Assembly: GCA_903813345.2 (NCBI GenBank)
Contig: CAIIXF020000001.1
Location: forward strand, 43,276,001 to 43,340,000
Source: Owenia fusiformis
Taxonomy: Eukaryota
DNA length: 64,000 nt
Reading direction: 5' to 3'
Shown: in pieces, positions 26,901 through 38,906 of the stretch
Position numbering within the stretch: the stretch's first letter is position 1
Layout: each line of letters starts with the position of its first letter
Program-made: the position numbers and the translations under genes
Notes under the pieces: model-generated
What the model saw: the letters and a program-made list of their open reading frames with translations, nothing else
The model's database searches: none
Told to the model about the DNA's origin: nothing

Positions 26901-29900
26901 CTGTCCTATGACACTTTTGGTAGAAGGCGGCCATTTTGAAAAAAATTTTGAAAAATGGCCGCCATTTTAACGTATTTTGCTATAACTCGAAAAGTAGTGG
27001 AGCGATTTTGTTCATATTTGGTATGTGAATACTATAAGCATGGCACACTGTCCTATGACACTTTTGGTAGAAGGCGGCCATTTTGAAAAATTTTTTGAAA
27101 AATGGCCGCCATTCTAACGTATTTTACTATAACTCAAAAAGTAGTTGAGCGATTTTGTTCATATTTGGTATGTGAATACAATAAGCATGTCACACTGTCT
27201 ATTTCTAATGACACTTTTGGTAGAAGGTGGCCATTTTGAAAAATGGCCGCCATTTTAACGTATTTTACTATAACTCGAAAAGTAGTGGAGCGATTTTGTT
27301 CATATTTGATATGTGAATGCTTTAAGCATGGCACATTGTCTAATTAAACTTTGGGGAGTAGTCGGCCATTTCGAAAAATGGCCACCATTTTTATGTGTGT
27401 TATTTTACAAGTACGTGTATGATTTTCAAAAATTTTAGAGGTGGCTACTTAAAAGCATATTATTTCTTCTGATGACAACTTGGCTAGTGAGCAACCATTT
27501 TGAAAATGGTGGCCTTTCTGGTGTGTTGTTTTATGATATTTGCTATTCGTTTGTAAAAATGCCAGCCATTTCTGTTCGATGGGATTCGCTACGCTTTGGC
27601 GTTGCCGTTGTTCTGGTTTGAGTTGAAAAAAGTAAGACATTTCCTCTACTGAAATTTAAATCCATATATATGATATACAGTATATCATATACAACTATTT
27701 TAACCTAAGTTTCATCAGTTGCCTATACCCCTCTGAATTTTTTAAATCTGGTTCCCATGCAAAATAGAAGAATCTCTCAGAATTGATCAACAGTCGCAAA
27801 AATCTCAGAAATGTGGTGCCTTTTTGCTAAAAATTGTTATATACCAGTATATACATGTACTGTTAATTATTTAGAAGCAAATTAAATATAATTGCAGCAT
27901 ACTGTATAAGTGGTATTTCATCCGAGTGGTTAATTCGAATGGTCAAATTTCATCATTTTCCTAATTTTAATTTTCCTAATTACAAGAAACCTCCCATTTG
28001 ATAACATTATAAAGACAATATTTCCGACATTTAATTTTCCGAACCTGGCAAAAATTAGGAAATAGGCTAATTAAATGATTAGGCCAAATTACCACTTATA
28101 CAGTATTATTGAAAAGCTTTTGTCGCATCAAACATTTTAACTAATGGAGTCCATTTGTAACATTTAACGATATGTACCACAACATTAAAAATGTGTTTTA
28201 ATGACATGTTGATTAACAGTGTAAAATGTTGTCAGTTCATTGTGCTTTATATTGTTTATAATGTCTAGTTGTTGTAAACGTTTGTGAGGACACCTATTAC
28301 GGATATTCTGTTTGTTTTCAATAAGAAATTAAATGTTATGAAGTAATGTAGAATCCTTCTTAATGTATTTATCATTAAACACTTATTATCCCAACGAACG
28401 AAGTTCGGTAGGGATATAGTGAAGCCCTCCGTCCGTCCGTCAGTCCGTCAGTCAGTCAGTCCGTCCGTCCGTCCGTCCGGAAGATAACTCAAATATTAGT
28501 TGACGGATTTTCTTCATATTTGGTGGAAAGATGTATATTGATGAAACGTTTTACGCAAAAAAAAAAAATTTTCAAGATGGCCGCCGCTTTAAAAATGACG
28601 GGACTTTTTGCAAAAAATCATAAATTTTTCATTATAAACCAAAGTAATTAATTTTATTGTTTGAAATTTTGGTAGTATATTCGCAACATCCATCTATTTC
28701 ACATATATTCCGTGTTTTTCATCCTGACCCCCAGGGGCCGTGTATGGGGGGTCAGGAAAACAGAAATTTTCACTAATTTTTAGTTCTTTCTGAAGTATAG
28801 CTTTATTATACTCAAATGAAAGGCAATTAAGAGTAGATTGCAAATATTGTATCTTTTTTCTGATTCGAGCCTCGTAAAATTCAAAATGGCCGTCTAATGT
28901 ACGATTTCGCAATAATTTTTCGATCCCTTCAAAGTATGGCTATATAATACTCAAATTGAATGAATTTTGACAATTATGGTATTATTTTTCAGATTTGTAC
29001 GTCAGAAAATTCAAAATGGATTTTTTCAAGATGGCCACCGCTTAAAAAAATGACGGGGCTTTTTTGCAAAAATCATAAATTTTTCATTCTAAACCAAAGT
29101 AATTAATATTATTGTTTGAAATTTTGGTAGTATATTCGCAACATCTATCTATTTCACATATATTCTGTGTTTTCCATCCTGACCCCCAGGGGCCGTATAT
29201 GGGGGGTCAGGAAAACAGAAATTTTGGCTAATTTTTAGATCTTTCTGAAGTATAGCTTTTTTATACTCAAATGAAAGGCAATTAAGAGTAGATTGCAAAT
29301 ATTGTATCTTTTTTCTGATTCATGCCTCGTAAAAGTCAAAATGGCCGTCTAATGTACAATTTCGATCCCTTCAACGTATGGCTATATAATACTCAAATTG
29401 AAGGAATTTTGGAGTAGATCATAATTATGGTATTATTTTTCAGATTTGTACCTCAGAAAATTCAAAATGGCTGCTTTGCATGAATTAGCAATTCTAAAAT
29501 CTAAATTTTTCAATTTTAACCAAAGTAATGAGTATAATTGATTGGAATTCGGTAATTGATATTTTGTTCGTTGGGATTTTCTACTCCGCGGAGTTGCCAT
29601 TATTATTTAATTGCTTTGTTTTCGTACTATTGCTTCATCAAAGAAACTGTATTTTTCTGATGGCATCTTGATCTATGTTTCTATGGCTTTTAATGTTGTG
29701 TATTAGTATGCTAGAAGAGTCCCTTCTGTTTCATATAAATTCATGTTACAAATTCAGAAGATCAATTTCCTTGCACTAACATTTCATTTTTGATCATTCA
29801 GTTGTGTTTCCTGATCTACCATAGTTTTCATATTATCAAAACAACCTGGTTCTAGTATACTAGTATATTAGACATCTTCTAATATAATATGACTCTTGAA

Positions 29901-31974
29901 ATGAAGTCTCCATTTCTACAAAGGGAAGTTAATGGGTAGGGAGAGGGTATTTAAGACCTATTTAAAGAAAAGCCTGTATAATCTGAGTGCCACTGGGGCC
30001 TGACAAGTGTTCTATATTTCAACTGGTTACATAATACATCAGTCAGTGGGAGATACTGGGGACTGAGAAGATGTGTTCACATCGAAAGCTGTTCAAACTA
30101 GAGAGGTGTTTCGAATACAGATTTTACTTAAATACCTTTAATACATGTATCTAAGTTTTACATTTGGGCTATGGAAAGCATCGTTCATTTGACCTCAAAT
30201 TCTAAACATATATGATATACATATTTATTGTAAACAATTGCACCTACATTGAGCTTCCCTACACACATAAAATTTGTTATATATTCTGTTACACCATTAT
30301 GTACATGCACAAATAGTTATATCCAATGCATTCTAATATTGAGATTTTACTTACTTGTACAAATCATGGGCTTTCAACTAGAATAAATTAACTTACAATT
30401 ATTCTTCATATTTAAACAATTCTAGCTAAGATGATTTCAAATATAAAACCTTATTTATACATTCTACATTGATAAAATCTTATTTTATTTAAACCTTCTT
30501 AAAATCAGATCACAATGTTTTTGTATGCATTTCATTCCATAATGCATATAGTCAGCAAAAGAAGGATACTTTGAATAAATCCTACACATACTTTCAGAAC
30601 TACCTATTACCTGCCTGCTCCCAAACTAAATGCAGAACCTAGAGTGGCTATGACTTGGAACAGGGAGATTAATGGAAACAGGCAGAGGCTCACTTTTGAA
30701 GCTACAGGTAATTTGAAACTCTCTCACATTGTGAAACCTAGAGTAGGACGGTTCCATCAATTTATTTTCAAAAGTCATGATTTAGTCCACCCCTGATGGA
30801 ACTGAAGCCATGGCCTTTCAATATTGAATGCTTAACCACCGACCTGTGAAACAGACTGCCTTTTCATTGTCAACATTGAATTTTTTTCGTTTTCTTCATT
30901 TCTTGCCACCCCGATTCCCAGAAAACCCCTCATCTTACAGATGTTAAATGATGTAAGTTCTAGAGCGCTGGAATTAACTTCTGACTGTAGGTCATTTTAA
31001 ATGTCTCTTGTCATTGCATTTTATTCTAAATCACACTTTGCATCAAAATATTGAAGCTAGGAAACTGCTTATTGGATGTACTTTAAAAGGTTAGTTCCTG
31101 GATATAGCAAATGAATCAAGAAAAATCCAGTCCACACTTACTCCTCTCATCATATGTAAAATGTTATATGTGACATATCGCAATGTACATTTATAATTAA
31201 TTATTTCCAGGGCCCAATCACATCAATGTGTTCATCCAACTTCGAGATGGTGTTTCTATTGTTGAGTGGTCTATAGGATCAGGTCACCCCTCCCCCACAT
31301 TGACACCAGATGGTATCAAAGAACAAACCTATTTCATCTATTATTCATATGGCAGTAAACCCCAGGGACCCTGGAAGTTCTGGATAGATGTTCAAGTGAG
31401 TGCTACTGCAGGTTAATGAACACATTCAGAAGAGGAATAGATTTATTATGTCAGATATCAAACAGTTTAACAGTAGAGTAAATGATAGGAATTATATTTC
31501 CATGATTTCCCATACCTGTGAATTTCATTCTTAAAAGTCTGCAAGAACCATGTAGACCAACTTTTTTCCCCTCATTATAGATGTAGTATGCCCATCTTTG
31601 TCACCGCCACAATTGGTGACATATTGTTATGATCTCCAACTTTTCAGAGTTCGGAGTTCAGCGTCTGTAACAAGTGGGATGTATCAAATGGCAGATGGTG
31701 TAATTTTGCACACTAATGCCTTGTCTAAAGATATTAAGAGTGTTGTAAACTTTCATACATTTACTTATTGGAAAGACTAATATGCATGATGTTATTTTTC
31801 AAGGTTTCTCCTGATGTGGACACATCTAACGGTATTCTTGAGCTGGCCTTAGCAGGTCACTACGCCTATGGACCGTACAAGATGACAGCACCAATGCAAG
31901 AGTTCATAGACACTCTACCTGACTGGAGCTACCCTGTAGGCTGGTCAGCCACATATGACTCTTGGGTGTTTTAG
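14376..31974 (+). CDS. ERMP1: Endoplasmic reticulum metallopeptidase 1 (M28 family); 14 coding exons per isoform, ~891 aa; exon 11 present as two alternative copies
   Basis: All junctions GT-AG and phase-consistent; CDS sums to 2676 nt. Motifs [39 protein letters not shown] and YHTKYD, followed by a multi-TM region and a C-terminal domain. Confidence 0.95.
14965..15386. mobile_element. Degenerate inverted-repeat element with internal tandem repeats
   Basis: TGCAGGATTCCGTCTGGTACAACC...CAATGTTA is mirrored by TAACATTG...GTTGTACCAGACTGAATCTTGCA. Internal GGTACAACCGTGACAATGTTA repeats. Confidence 0.55.
16201..16328 (+). CDS. ERMP1: ERMP1 exon 2
   Basis: [16 protein letters not shown]...[17 protein letters not shown] boundaries. 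Confidence 0.95.
18745..18850 (+). CDS. ERMP1: ERMP1 exon 3
   Basis: [39 protein letters not shown] boundaries. Confidence 0.95.
19243..19730. mobile_element. TTAA-TSD MITE (Kolobok-like) carrying a tRNA-like sequence
   Basis: TTAA|AGCTGGACTTCGCTCCGAAACGCAAT ... ATTGCGTTTTGGAGCGATGTGCAGGT|TTAA, inserted at the TTAA of a minisatellite unit. Confidence 0.85.
19520..19594 (+). pseudogene. tRNA-derived sequence: tRNA-Gly-like body, AGC at the anticodon position, unpaired acceptor stem
   Basis: GGTGGTCTAGCGGTAGAATCCTTGCTTAGCACGCGGGAGGCCCGGGTTCGAATCCCG has intact A and B boxes and is followed by TTTTT. Confidence 0.75.
19907..20053 (+). CDS. ERMP1: ERMP1 exon 4
   Basis: [12 protein letters not shown]...[26 protein letters not shown]. 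Confidence 0.95.
20185..20277 (+). CDS. ERMP1: ERMP1 exon 5
   Basis: [31 protein letters not shown]. Confidence 0.95.
20591..21996. mobile_element. TTAA-flanked element (Kolobok-like) hosting a nested insertion
   Basis: TTAA|AGGGTTCCG ... GCGTCACCCT|TTAA, with short imperfect TIRs. Confidence 0.55.
20918..21742. mobile_element. Non-autonomous DNA transposon with TAG...CTA termini and 9-bp TSD (AcademH- or MULE-like)
   Basis: CTTATTATA|TAGCCTTGCCCAAGTCGGT ... ACCGACTTGGGCAAGGCTA|CTTATTATA. Confidence 0.88.
22048..22269 (+). CDS. ERMP1: ERMP1 exon 6
   Basis: [12 protein letters not shown]...[15 protein letters not shown]; donor GTATGT. Confidence 0.93.
22295..22410. repeat. 20-bp tandem repeat (ACATTGATATTTTAACATGC)
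   Basis: About 5-6 consecutive units. Confidence 0.8.
22591..22820 (+). CDS. ERMP1: ERMP1 exon 7 (TM region)
   Basis: TTTTCAG acceptor, hydrophobic helices, GRPMCWFS; phases match neighbouring exons. Confidence 0.9.
23076..23259 (+). CDS. ERMP1: ERMP1 exon 8
   Basis: [16 protein letters not shown]...[19 protein letters not shown] boundaries. Confidence 0.88.
23459..23649 (+). CDS. ERMP1: ERMP1 exon 9
   Basis: [21 protein letters not shown]; donor GTAAGT. Confidence 0.9.
23699..24228 (+). mobile_element. Helentron-associated (HINE/pearl-like) non-autonomous element, family 1
   Basis: Head TTATTATCCCACCGAACGAAGTTCG, a (TCCG/TCTG)n microsatellite, 3' GTGGGAT subterminal IR and hairpin GCTACTCC-TT-GGAGTTGC. 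Confidence 0.75.
24857..25012 (+). CDS. ERMP1: ERMP1 exon 10
   Basis: IGLIY...TPLGFPY...PTKQRSILH; donor GTGAGT, phase 0. Confidence 0.92.
25343..25542 (+). CDS. ERMP1: ERMP1 exon 11a (alternative copy 1, 200 nt)
   Basis: TTATAG acceptor and GTAAGA donor; [11 protein letters not shown]...[10 protein letters not shown]...[14 protein letters not shown]. Confidence 0.88.
26106..26305 (+). CDS. ERMP1: ERMP1 exon 11b (alternative copy 2, 200 nt)
   Basis: TTCCAG acceptor and GTTGGT donor; [11 protein letters not shown]...[10 protein letters not shown]...[15 protein letters not shown]. Confidence 0.88.
26393..27620 (+). mobile_element. HINE/pearl-like element, family 1, with (TCCG)n and ~146-bp internal tandem repeats
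   Basis: Head ATTATCCCATCGAAC and 3' GTTCGATGGGAT followed by a hairpin. Core units start near 26829, 26975, 27122 and 27263. Confidence 0.85.
27902..28103. mobile_element. ~200-bp MITE with TA TSD
   Basis: TA|CTGTATAAGTGGTA ... TACCACTTATACAG|TA. Confidence 0.85.
28383..29605 (+). mobile_element. HINE/pearl-like element, family 1, with a ~450-bp internal duplication
   Basis: Head TTATTATCCCAACGAAC, (TCCG/TCAG)n, and 3' GTTCGTTGGGAT followed by CTACTCCGCGGAGTTG. Confidence 0.8.
30598..30707 (+). CDS. ERMP1: ERMP1 exon 12
   Basis: Phase-2 start; (R)TTYYLPAP...RQRLTFEAT(G). Confidence 0.92.
31211..31395 (+). CDS. ERMP1: ERMP1 exon 13
   Basis: GPNHINVFI...VEWS...YFIYYSYG...PWKFWIDVQ; donor GTGAGT. 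Confidence 0.93.
31597..31735 (+). mobile_element. Short HINE-like element, family 2
   Basis: Palindromic head TGTCACCGCCACAATTGGTGACATATTGTTATGATCTCC, shared with the 38907 and 40471 copies. Confidence 0.6.
31804..31974 (+). CDS. ERMP1: ERMP1 exon 14 (terminal)
   Basis: LELALAGHY...[27 protein letters not shown]. Candidate AATAAA at 32852. Confidence 0.93.
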   Translation, partial: VSPDVDTSNGILELALAGHYAYGPYKMTAPMQEFIDTLPDWSYPVGWSATYDSWVF

Positions 31975-32938
31975 ACATGACAACATAGAAGCAAATCTTA
32001 TGATGTTTTAGTATGCTGAATGTATGTAACAAGCTGAAGAGGGGGGAATTTTAGTACATTCAGGGCTCTAAATTGTAAAGAAGTTGTCACAATAGAACTT
32101 CATTCAGAGAATTAATTAAGCTCTTATTGACATGGATATTGTCAGATAAATAACACTTAGATGATAGTACAAATTAAAGAAATATTTTACTTAAACAGTT
32201 TAGAAATTGACTGTGATGTAGCAATTCATTCATTCATTTCTTAGAGTTTTTGACATATCAGAATACAGTTTAACTTGACTACCCTTTGCAACTGTGATCA
32301 CTGATCAACCTCTATATCACTATCACTCTAAATTTCTGATAAACTTCTGAAATCTCTGAGCCAATAGGAACCTGCCATTGCTCATTGACACCAATTTTCA
32401 AACAATGTTCAGTATATTTGAATATAATAGTGGTTCCGTGGTGATCTCTGATTGGTTGAACTGCAAAATGTTAAACTATTGTTCCCAATCAGAGGAAAGT
32501 ACTAGCCAATGACCTCAGGGTAAAACTTGACAAGAGCTCTCCTATAAATTATTTAGGTCAGACCCTGAGTGTTCCTATTAAAGTTTTACAATTATATTCC
32601 AATAGCTTTTGTTATGACAGCATTACGCTCAGTATATGTAATACTGTATACATCTGAGTGAAATTAAAAAGTGATTTCCATTATAAGTAATCTATATTTA
32701 TGTCTCCAGACAATAGTTGTGAACAGAATACTATACATGTGTAAACATTTTATGCATTATTAATTTATTATTATTTATTTACGATTAGTTGATAAATGGA
32801 TGAATGGATGTCATAAATTGTATTTTAATTATTTATTCCTTATTTATGTTCAATAAACAATATTCAGGATCTATGATTTGCTGTCAGTGAAAAAGAATTT
32901 CATTCCAAAAAATATAAAAACAGTGGATTGTACAATTA

Positions 32939-35900
32939 CTCTAAGAGCGAGGAGGAAAATTCTTAATAAATGGAGTATAGTTGGTTTGGCAGCATTTTCA
33001 GTTAGAGGGAAGTCTTGGATGAAAATTCTACCTAGGTGATAGCTTCACAGAGTGGTACATAATTCTTTTTTTCAGGGATTAGCCCCCCACCCCCCAAAAA
33101 CACCCCACCCCCGGAAAATATTTTTTTCATTCTCAATAACTTTAAATATCTTGATGTTTGTAAGTTACATACATGTACATTATATATTTGAATCATTTGC
33201 AAAATAAATAATGCCAATCACTCCTACAGAATTTGAAAAATAGTACAAAGTATGTACCCCAGGGGGCAAATTCGTGACCCATTTTCTTACTTTTTAGAGC
33301 CTCACTTTTCAACCAGATACTGGAAGAGATTGGAAAATTTCATGTGAAGTGCCCAGTAGCAGGACTATAAGCCCTGAAAGAGTCAAACTAATTGAATCAG
33401 TAGGAGCTGAGAAAAAAATTGTTGATTTTTTGAAAAATTTGACATTTTTGAGAGGGGTGATTTTGTATATGACTATAGCTGATGCCTATGGTTTCCAGAT
33501 CTATCCCTCTTTGATGATAAATATGGTTTTGAAGTATGGAACTAAGATGTAAAAACTAATTAAAATGGGTTTTAAGGAAGTTTAATGTTTTAAACAAGTT
33601 CAAAATTCGAAGAATTGTTCAATATCAGGTCTGAATTTACGAATTTTAGGTAAGACCTTGGATGAGCCTTAGATTTTTTACATCTGTCCCCCTTTGATGA
33701 TATTTATGGGTATGCAGTGTGGAACTAAGATGTACAAAGCAATTTAGATGGTTTTTAAGAAGGTTTAAGGATTTTAACAAGTTTAAAGTTTGAAGAATTG
33801 TACAATATCAGGTGTGAATTTACGAATTTCAAGTAAGACCTTGGATGGCTCTTATGTTTTTACATCTGTCACTCTTTGATGATATGTATTGTTTTGTAGT
33901 GTGGATCTAAGATGTAAAAAATGGTTTAGATGGTTTTGAAGAGTATTTAGGGATTTTAATGAGTCCAAAATTTGAGGAATTGTACAATATCAGGTCTGGA
34001 TTCTTGAATTTCAGGTATGACCTTGGACGACCCTTTTGTTTTTTATGTTTGTTCCTCTTTGACGATATTTATGGTTTTATAGCGTTTAACTAATATGTAA
34101 AATATAATTTAGATGAATTTAAGAAGGTTTAAGGATTTTAACAAGCTCGAAATTTGAAAAATTGTTCAATATCAGGTCTGAATTTACGAATTTCAGGTAA
34201 GACTTTGGATGGCTCTTATGTTTTTAGATCTGTCACTCTTTGATGATATGTATTGTTTTGTAGTGTGGAACTAAGATGTTAAAAATGATTTAGATGGTTT
34301 TGAAGAGTGTTTAGGGATTTTAATGAGTCCAAAATTTAAAGAATTGTACAATAGCAGGTCTGAATTTTCGAATTATAGGTATTACCTTGGACGACTCTTT
34401 TGTTTTTTACATCTGTCCCTCTTTAATGACAGTTATAGTTTTATAGTGTGGAACTAAGATGTAAAATATAGTTTAGATGAATTTTAAGAAGGTTCAGAGA
34501 TTCTAACAAGTTCAAAATTTGAAGAATTTTACAATATCAGGTCTGAATTTACAAATTTTAGGTTAGACCTTGGATGTGCCTTATATTTTTTTTACACCTG
34601 TCCCTCTTTGATGATATGTATGGTTTTGTAGTGTGGAACTAAGATGTAAAAAATAATTTAGATGCATTTTAAGAAGGTTTGAGGATTTTAATTTGAAGAA
34701 TTGTATAATATCAGGTCTGCAATGAATGAATTTCAAGTATAACCTTTGTTAGCTCATATGATTTTAATACTATCCCTTTTTCATGATATATTTGGTTTAG
34801 TTGTGAGGAAATATGTATAACATAATTTACATCGGTTATAAAGAAGCTTAAAGTCCCCGTCTAAAGTTTGAAAATATTTTTTTATCATTCATTTACTATT
34901 TGTCAGGACTTAAAAAGTGATTTTAGAGATTTTTGAACAAAAAAACATTTTTGAAAAAAGTTGTGAGCATTTCATTTTTTCAAATATTCAAATTTCCCGC
35001 CATTTTTCAAAAAAAGTTGAAATTTCTTAATCATCAAATATTTCTTAATGCATTTCAAAAAAGATTATCTTTTTAACAACAATGCAAAGATTGAACAAAG
35101 GACACACTATTTCAATAATAAAATGCCATATTTAATGGGCCACTTCAATGTTTTAGCATATCAAAAATATTTTGAAACATTAGTGATGTCACTAAGGTAC
35201 CAAAAACTTTTTGAAAAAAATTGAAATTTTTTTTTCGATGTCAAACTTTCCTAAATATGCTAGACTTTCATAAAAAACCAATGTTGATTGTCTAACCAGG
35301 TTAAAAGGAAGAATAAATTATGTTTTAGATATCATTGTACCATTGGTTTCTATGAGAACTAATATTTTGAAATGCATTTTTCTCAGAACCATTTTCATGC
35401 ACTGATAAGTTCATTTCTCGCTTATTTATGAACCGATTTTCTTAATTTTTTCGGTAAAAAACATGGGAGGATGAATGCTATGCAAAAACCACTTTTTCAA
35501 ATTTAAAAAAAAAGTTTCACATATCACACTTTGATAACATTGGGTAAGACTACAATATAAGCCAAAGTGGTTTAAACTTTATATGGGGCCTTTAATGTTT
35601 TAAACAAGTTCAAAATCTTAGCGTATTGTACAGTATCAGATCTGAAATTAATGAATTTAAAGTATAACCTTGCTTGGCCCTTTTATTTTTAACATCTCTC
35701 CTTTTTTGATGATATATATGGTTTAGTAGTATGGAGCTCAAATTAAGATGGGTTTTAAAGAAGTTTAAGGTTTTAAATAAGTTCAAATTTTGATGAATTG
35801 TACAATATCAGAGCTGATATTAATGAATTTTAGGTATTATGTTTTTTACATCTATCCCTTTTTGATGACATATATGCTTTAGTAATGTTGAACTAAGATG

Positions 35901-38638
35901 TTAAACAAAGTTTAGACAGGTTTGAAAGAAGTTTAAGGTTTAAACAAGTTAAAAAAATTGAAGAATTGTACAATAACAGGTCTGGAATTTATTAATTTTT
36001 GGTATAACTCTGGATGGCCCCTATTCGTTTTTTACATATATCTCTCTATGATAACATATATGGTTTTGAAGTATGGAGCTAATATGTAAAACATAATTAA
36101 GATGGGTTTTAAGGAGGTTTAAGGTTTTAAAACCTGTTCAAAACTTGACAAATTGTACAATATCATATCTTCTGACATTAACAAATTCCAGGTATGTATC
36201 TCTCTATGATGATATATATGGTTTTGTAGTATGGAGCTAATATGTAAAACATAATTATGATGGGTTTTAAAGAAGTTTAAGGTTTTAAACAAGTTCAAAT
36301 TTTGACAAATTGTACAATATCAGAGCTGATATTAATGAATTCTAGGTATTAAGGTGAGCCTTGTGTTCTTTACATCTATCCCTTTTTGATGACATATATG
36401 CTTTAGTAGTGTTGAACTAAGATGTTAAACATAATTTAAGGTTTTAAAGAAGCAAAACAAGTTAAAAAATTCAAGAATTGTACAATAACAGGTCTGGAAT
36501 TTATTAATTTTAGGTATAACTGTGGATGGCCCTTATTCGTTTTTTACATATATCTCTCTATGATAACATAATATTATATGGTTTTGTAATATGGAGCTAA
36601 TATGTAAAACATAATTAAGATGGATTTTAAGGAGGTTAAAGGTTTTAAAACCTGTTCAAAACTTGACAAATTGTACAATATCATATCTTCTGACATTAAC
36701 GAATTTCAGGTATGTATAATGTTAAAATTCTCTCAAAATAATAAGAACGGTAACCATTCTTATGGAAATAATACATTATTGTAGAAATCTTTAGTTTTCC
36801 TGAAATAAAGTGCGCACTTTGGGGATTATTAGCAAATAGACATGAAAAGGAATGACAGAAATATTCAAAAAGGTCCATGTGCATTATGGCAAGTGATTTA
36901 AGACGGTCATATATTTCACCATGAGTACTTTCTGGGCATAAATACAGTGGTTTTTATTAAAACAATATGTTTTCTTTCAAGTGAAGTCCCCATGATAATA
37001 AAAATATCAATCGAACAATTCGAAAAATGATAAAAAGGGACCCCATGTCAACATTTTTTTTCTAAATGTTTAGAGCCAACCAAGGTTATACTTGAAATGT
37101 AGTGTTAATTGCAGACCTAATATTGTACAATGCGCCAAGATTTTGGACATGTGAAAATCCTTAAACCATCTTAAAATCCATCTTAATTGTTTATTTTACA
37201 TCTTAGTTCCACACTACAAAACCATATAGTACATATCATCAAAGAGGGACAGATGTAAACAATATATGGCTCACCAAAGGTCTTACCTGAAATTCGTAAA
37301 TTCAGACCTGATATTATACAATTTTTCAAATTTTGAACTTGTTTAAGTCCTTAAACCTTCTTAAAAGTCATCTAAATTATATTTTACATCTTAGTTTGTT
37401 ACTATAAAACCATAAATATCATCAGAGAATGACAGATATAAAAACATAAGGGTCAACCAAGGTCATACCTTAAAAAAGTAAATTCAGACCTGATATTGTA
37501 CAATTCTTCAAATTTTGGACTCATTAAAATCCTTAAACCTTCTTCAAATCCATCTAAGTTATTTTTTACATATTAGTTTCTCACTACAAAACCATAAATA
37601 TCATCAAAGGAGGACAGATATAAAAACATAAGGGTCATCCAAAGTCATACCTTAAATTTGTAAATTCAGACCTGATATTGTACAATTCTTCAAATTTTGG
37701 ACTCATTAAAATCCTTAAACCTTCTTCAACTCCATCTAAGTTATTTCTTACATATTAGTTTCACACTACAAAACCATACATATCATCAAAGAGGGACAGA
37801 TGTGAAAAATATACGGCTCACCAAAGGTCTTACCTGAAATTTGTAAATTCACACCTGATATTGTACAATTCTTCAAATTTTAAACTTGTTAAAATCCTAA
37901 ACCTTCTTAAAAACCATCTAAATTATTTTGTACATCTTAGTTCCACACTACAAACCCATAAATATCATCAAAGGGGGACAGATGTAAAAAATCTAAGGCT
38001 CATCCAAGGTCTTACCTAAAATTCATAAATTCAGACCTGATATTGTACAATTCTTCGAATTTTGAACTTGTTTAAAACATTAAACTTCCTTAAAACCCAT
38101 TTTAATTAGTTTTTACATCTTAGTTCTATACTTCAAAACCTTATTTATCATCAAAGAGGGATAGATCTGGAAACCATAGGCATCAGCTATAGTCATACAC
38201 AAAATCACCCCTCTCAAAAATGTCAAACTTCTCAAAAAATTTTCCAATGTCTTCCAGTGACTGGTTGAAAAGTTAGGCTCTAAAAAGTAAGAAAATGGAT
38301 CACAAATTTGCCCCCTGGGGTACATACTTTGTACTATTTTTCAAATTCTGGAGGAGTGATTGGCATTATTTATTTTGCAAATGATTCATATATATAATGT
38401 ACATGTATGTAACTTACAAACATCAAGATATCTAAAGTTATTGAGAATGAAAAAAAAATTTTCCGGGGTGGGGTGTTTTTGGGGGGTGGGGGGCTAACCC
38501 CTGAAAAAAAAGAATTATGCACCACTCTGTGAAGCTATCACCTAGGTAGAATTTTCATCCAAGACTTCCCTCTAACTGAAAATGCTGCCAAACCAACTAT
38601 ACTCCATTTATTAAGAATTTTCCTCCTCGCTCTTAGAG
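32939..38638. mobile_element. 5.7-kb foldback-type DNA transposon with ~1.6-kb inverted arms containing ~182-bp tandem arrays; probable TA TSD
   Basis: TA|CTCTAAGAGCGAGGAGGAAAATTC ... GAATTTTCCTCCTCGCTCTTAGAG|TA. The AATATCAGG motif recurs at ~33621, 33804, 33986, 34168, 34350 and 34534 and is mirrored at ~37080-38160. Confidence 0.92.
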
Positions 38639-38906
38639 TAAATGGCTTTTGAATGTGCAGAAACAATTTACTCTTGTGATGTAAACACTGCAAATATGCT
38701 GTATATGTAGAGTAACTGTTGAGAAAATATAACGACAATCAGTAATCATTTCAATCATTTTAGATTGTTTCTCACATCATTGATTGCACGTTTATTTTCA
38801 GTCCACATTTTAGTTTTGAATGAGTTATTTTGAAGTTGACCATAAGCCTTAACAGGGACCTGTTAATAAGCCCTATGGTCAAACGCTGTTAAGGCCTATG
38901 GTCTTT

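Noticed and set aside
26306..30597. A third copy of ERMP1 exon 11
   Set aside because: I found no further DSG.W or YCG.PY-encoding segment by eye, and the intron is mostly repeats. A tBLASTn would settle it.
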